In this document: positions 33,768-36,560 of the stretch, in pieces | Numbering within the stretch: position 1 is the first letter of the stretch | Layout of the letters: the number at the start of each line of letters is the position of its first letter | Virus record (IMG/VR): IMGVR_UViG_3300020426_000015 | Coordinates: 1-36,560 of that record | Source of the DNA: a virus | Lineage: Duplodnaviria > Caudoviricetes | DNA length: 36,560 nt | Direction: 5' to 3' (one strand) | The notes under the pieces: generated by a model | What the model saw: only the letters and a program-made list of their open reading frames with translations | Database searches by the model: none | What the model was told of the DNA's origin: nothing | Translations under genes and position numbers: made by a program

Positions 33768-34117
33768 GCCAACACCTCCTCTTTCTCACATTCAGGACAT
33801 AATGGTGCTTCTATAGGATTGTTTTGAATGATTGAAACTATAAATAAAATTGCTACTTGTGATGCAGGTTGTGTTTTGTTAATGATTATTGAAGTACCAC
33901 TAGGAAATTCAACTCGATCATTAAAAACTACAACACTTGATTCCGCATCATCCATAACTTGAGAAAACAAAAATCCTCGTTCATTAGTTTTTTTATCTAA
34001 TACATACATAGGGTTGTATTCTTCAAGATTAAGACCTGCAGCATCTAATCCTATTTCTAAATGCTTGATAAATTCATCTAAGTTTTTACCTTGTGTTGGT
34101 TTTTTAGTTGTTTTCAT
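33764..34117 (-). CDS. Hypothetical early protein (117 aa, C-terminal CxxC)
   Basis: Heads a tightly coupled early operon. Confidence 0.75.
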   Translation of the reverse strand: MKTTKKPTQGKNLDEFIKHLEIGLDAAGLNLEEYNPMYVLDKKTNERGFLFSQVMDDAESSVVVFNDRVEFPSGTSIIINKTQPASQVAILFIVSIIQNNPIEAPLCPECEKEEVLA

Positions 34118-34153
34118 TTTGATAAATAAAATTCTGGGACAATAGACTCAAAA

Positions 34154-34196
34154 GAGCCTGTTAAAAATTCAAATTAAAAAAATTCTTAATAGGTTC
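34154..34196 (-). promoter_or_regulatory. Long imperfect hairpin (RNase III-site-like)
   Basis: GAACCTATTAAGAATT pairs with AATTTTTAACAGGCTC; intergenic in the early region. Confidence 0.45.
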
Positions 34197-34244
34197 ATTT
34201 AAGATTTCGCTAAGGATAATAAGACCAGTAATAATAAAATAAAT

Positions 34245-34276
34245 AAAAAAAGAAAGAGCCTAGGTATTACTAGGCT
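34245..34276 (-). terminator. Intrinsic terminator
   Basis: AGCCTAG-TAATAC-CTAGGCT followed by CTTTCTTTTTTT. Confidence 0.75.
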
Positions 34277-34418
34277 TATCTTCTTCTTTAACATCAAGAG
34301 CTTTATATTCTGCTAGTAGCTGTTCGTCATTTAGCTCCATTTCAAAATACAATCTCTCAATCTCTGCACGTTTAGCAGCTTTTAATTCTGCTTCGTGGTC
34401 GTAGTTGTCGTTAGACAT
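34260..34418 (-). CDS. Small acidic early protein (52 aa)
   Basis: MSNDNYDHEAELKAAKRAEIERLYFEMELNDEQLLAEYKALDVKEEDKPSNT; followed by a terminator. Confidence 0.75.
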   Translation of the reverse strand: MSNDNYDHEAELKAAKRAEIERLYFEMELNDEQLLAEYKALDVKEEDKPSNT

Positions 34419-34487
34419 AATTAATAATTAATAACTGGGCAGTGTTTGTAGCTGTAAACAACTACTAAGGTTCATCTATTAAGAGAA

Positions 34488-34518
34488 CCCTTTAAAAGCT
34501 CCGTAGAGCCTTTAAGGG
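34488..34518 (-). promoter_or_regulatory. Intergenic hairpin (processing or termination signal)
   Basis: CCCTTAAAGGCTC-TACG-GAGCTTTTAAAGGG immediately after the first early gene. Confidence 0.5.
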
Positions 34519-34523
34519 ATTGT

Positions 34524-35102
34524 CTAAAAGTCTTTAAGTCCTAGTTCAGATAAAGCGTATTTATGAGGAAATTCATTAAATAATTTCTTGTATTCATACA
34601 TTGCATTATTCAACTTATCAAACCTCTTAGCTAGTTCTTTATGTTTTCTATAACTTAAAAGACTTGTTGCCTTGCCTATGTTTTTTTGTAGTGTTTTAGA
34701 ATAAGCAGGATTTTTTTCAATAATAAAATTAATATTTATTACTGGGCATTTTTCAGAATGACTTAAAAGTATGCTTAATCCTTGCCTACCTCCTGAGTTG
34801 GAATAGTCTAAGCGTTCGATATAAGAGCATGAATCCTGGCATATCTGCCTAGAAAAATAACCCTTACTATTCATACACTCCCCATACTCAGTTTGTGTAT
34901 AAGGTCTATCTAAAAATATATTAAGTTTCCTTAATACTGTTTTAGTTAGTTTTTTTCCCTCGTATGGTTTTAAGAACTCAATGATCTTTTTAAACTCTGC
35001 TAGGTCTTCCCTATCTTGGTCTAATAGTTTCATTGAAAGCTTTTTTATCTGTTGAGAAATACTTAACTTATTAGTTTCCTCAACAGTTAATACATTTTGC
35101 AT
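34524..35102 (-). CDS. Hypothetical first early protein (192 aa)
   Basis: First ORF after the presumed genome end; no motif recognised. Confidence 0.8.
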   Translation of the reverse strand: MQNVLTVEETNKLSISQQIKKLSMKLLDQDREDLAEFKKIIEFLKPYEGKKLTKTVLRKLNIFLDRPYTQTEYGECMNSKGYFSRQICQDSCSYIERLDYSNSGGRQGLSILLSHSEKCPVININFIIEKNPAYSKTLQKNIGKATSLLSYRKHKELAKRFDKLNNAMYEYKKLFNEFPHKYALSELGLKDF

Positions 35103-35823
35103 TTGGTTAATTAGTTCTGGGGCTTAGCACTGGCTATCTATTAGTTAGTTATTAGTTAGCTAGTACTGTGTACAGTATTACTAGACAGTGGGCATCGATA
35201 AAATAAAATAACAAATCCTTAACACTTTGTAACAATTAGACCTCTTATACACCCCCTATATTCTATTTTTTGTGTCCAAATAGTCCAATATTGTGTCCAA
35301 AGTTCCTAAAACCCTGTCTATTACTAGTGCGTAGAACTGTCATATAGACAGTACTGCAATGAAAAGACTGTAGTTATAGTAAGAATCTAGACAAAAAAGT
35401 CTATGCATAGGGGGGACTTTTAGTTTTGTATATATGCGTAAACCCCTCAAATTTTTGTTCCAAAATCATTTCAGACCTATGTATAGGTTATCTATAAGAT
35501 ACCTAATAGTTATCTATTAGATAACTAATAGTTGACTATAAGAAAACTATAAAAGTTAACTATAAGACCCCTATAGACTGCCCAGAAGTGTCTTATAGGG
35601 ATCTTATATTATTTATTTTATAAGATTATTCTGATGATGATAGTTCTTTGGGGATTCTGTGACTATGTAATTAACTATTATTGTCTTAGGTGTCTAAACT
35701 GGGCAGTAATTTGTCAGAGCCAAATCACTACCCACATTCTGTGGTCGCTATCCCCCCCTATAGTCCCCCCCTTTCGTAGAGATTTATCTCTACAAGGTGG
35801 GTGTATTTATCTACAAGTGCAAC
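35103..35823. other. Non-coding terminal/concatemer-junction region (probable physical genome ends)
   Basis: About 720 bp between the terL stop and the first early gene, where T7-like terminal repeats lie; G/C runs, palindromes and short repeats. Confidence 0.75.
35475..35610. repeat. Array of short CTATA/TATAG-type repeats and palindromes
   Basis: ACCTAT-GT-ATAGGT, TAGTTATCTA-T-TAGATAACTA (35507-35527), repeated (A/C)CTATA(A/G); analogous to T7 terminal short-repeat arrays. Confidence 0.7.
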
Positions 35824-36560
35824 CTAATAAGTGTTGCTTATAAATCCATCGTTAGAGGTATTAGAATTTCTTATCTGTGCAGGTGTAAGACCTAGTGCTG
35901 TTTGTGTAACAGAATTGTTAATAGAGGAACCCCAGTTATCTAGGTGAATGGAAAGTAATTCTTCTTTACGAGATCTTATATTACGGTCTTCATCCTGGTT
36001 CATATATTCAGTCCAGTAAGCAACTGCCCCTGATAGAGCGTCTAAGATGTCATCGTGTACTAGAGAACCTCTATGTTTAGTTATGCGAGACATTTGATAG
36101 AAGAGTTGAAGTTTTAATTTTCTTTCTGGAGCTTCGTTAGGATTAGATCTATAGTCTTTTTCTACGACTTTACGGTCGAATATAAGCCTGTGAGAGTTCA
36201 TAACGGGTTCTAGGGTATCTATTATGCGTAGTTCTTTGGTTTTATTGTTGCGTACGTCTTGTACTTCACAGGGGTGATACCTCATAAGGAAGGGTTTTAA
36301 GAGTTCAGCGAACATACCGCCACCCATATTTGATTCAACGAGTATGGTATTTACTTTATTTGTCTTGGCTATCTTGGAGAGAGTTGTTAATACAGCGTCT
36401 GAGTATCCTCCGTTTAGTCCACCAGCGTCTGGGACGTAGAGGTTACCGTTAAGCATCTTTACTACAGCGTATCCTGTTGCGTCACGTCCTTTTCCTGAGG
36501 GGTCAATGAACATTACAGAGCCTGTATATTCAATCCAATCACCAAATTGCTGTGCAGGTC
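35824..36560 (-). CDS. terL: Terminase large subunit, C-terminal nuclease part (runs off the window end)
   Basis: FIDPSGKGRDATG, VESNMGGGMF, KELRIIDTLEPV, LVHDDILDAL; frame open to the window edge. Confidence 0.96.
   Translation of the reverse strand, partial: PAQQFGDWIEYTGSVMFIDPSGKGRDATGYAVVKMLNGNLYVPDAGGLNGGYSDAVLTTLSKIAKTNKVNTILVESNMGGGMFAELLKPFLMRYHPCEVQDVRNNKTKELRIIDTLEPVMNSHRLIFDRKVVEKDYRSNPNEAPERKLKLQLFYQMSRITKHRGSLVHDDILDALSGAVAYWTEYMNQDEDRNIRSRKEELLSIHLDNWGSSINNSVTQTALGLTPAQIRNSNTSNDGFISNTY

Noticed and set aside
35160-35180. LexA or NtcA box upstream of the first early gene
   Set aside because: The palindrome is real, but the spacing fits neither GTA-N8-TAC nor the cyanobacterial LexA consensus.
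35475-35610. CRISPR-like array
   Set aside because: Repeats are 5-7 nt and irregular, with no spacers and no cas genes.
35634-35843. 69-aa plus-strand ORF
   Set aside because: In the terminal repeat-rich region, opposite strand, atypical composition.

Overview
Nearly complete, low-GC T7-like podovirus genome (Autographiviridae), most consistent with a marine picocyanobacterial phage, probably of Prochlorococcus (host is an inference). Almost all genes lie on the minus strand in T7 order: early genes, single-subunit RNA polymerase, SSB, endonuclease I, primase-helicase, exonuclease, portal, scaffold, major capsid, tail tubes A/B, internal virion proteins, tail fibre, adhesin, terS, terL. The window is permuted inside terL, with about 0.4 kb estimated missing, and the physical genome ends probably lie in the non-coding 35.1-35.8 kb region. 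There is no DNA polymerase, and no ribonucleotide reductase, psbA, hli, transaldolase or integrase could be recognised. Main oddities: (1) an AT-rich Mom-like DNA-modification gene between terS and terL; (2) a mixed-strand island (about 1.6-5.8 kb) of secreted and membrane proteins, a small outer-membrane barrel, an NblA-like ORF, a Yfr1-like sRNA candidate and a second structured ncRNA candidate; (3) a tail-fibre cassette with remnants of replaced genes at both borders; (4) seven tiny Lys/Arg-rich ORFs around the capsid gene; (5) an NrdR-like zinc-ribbon early protein; (6) non-ATG or lost start codons. All family assignments come from motif recognition by eye, with no database search.
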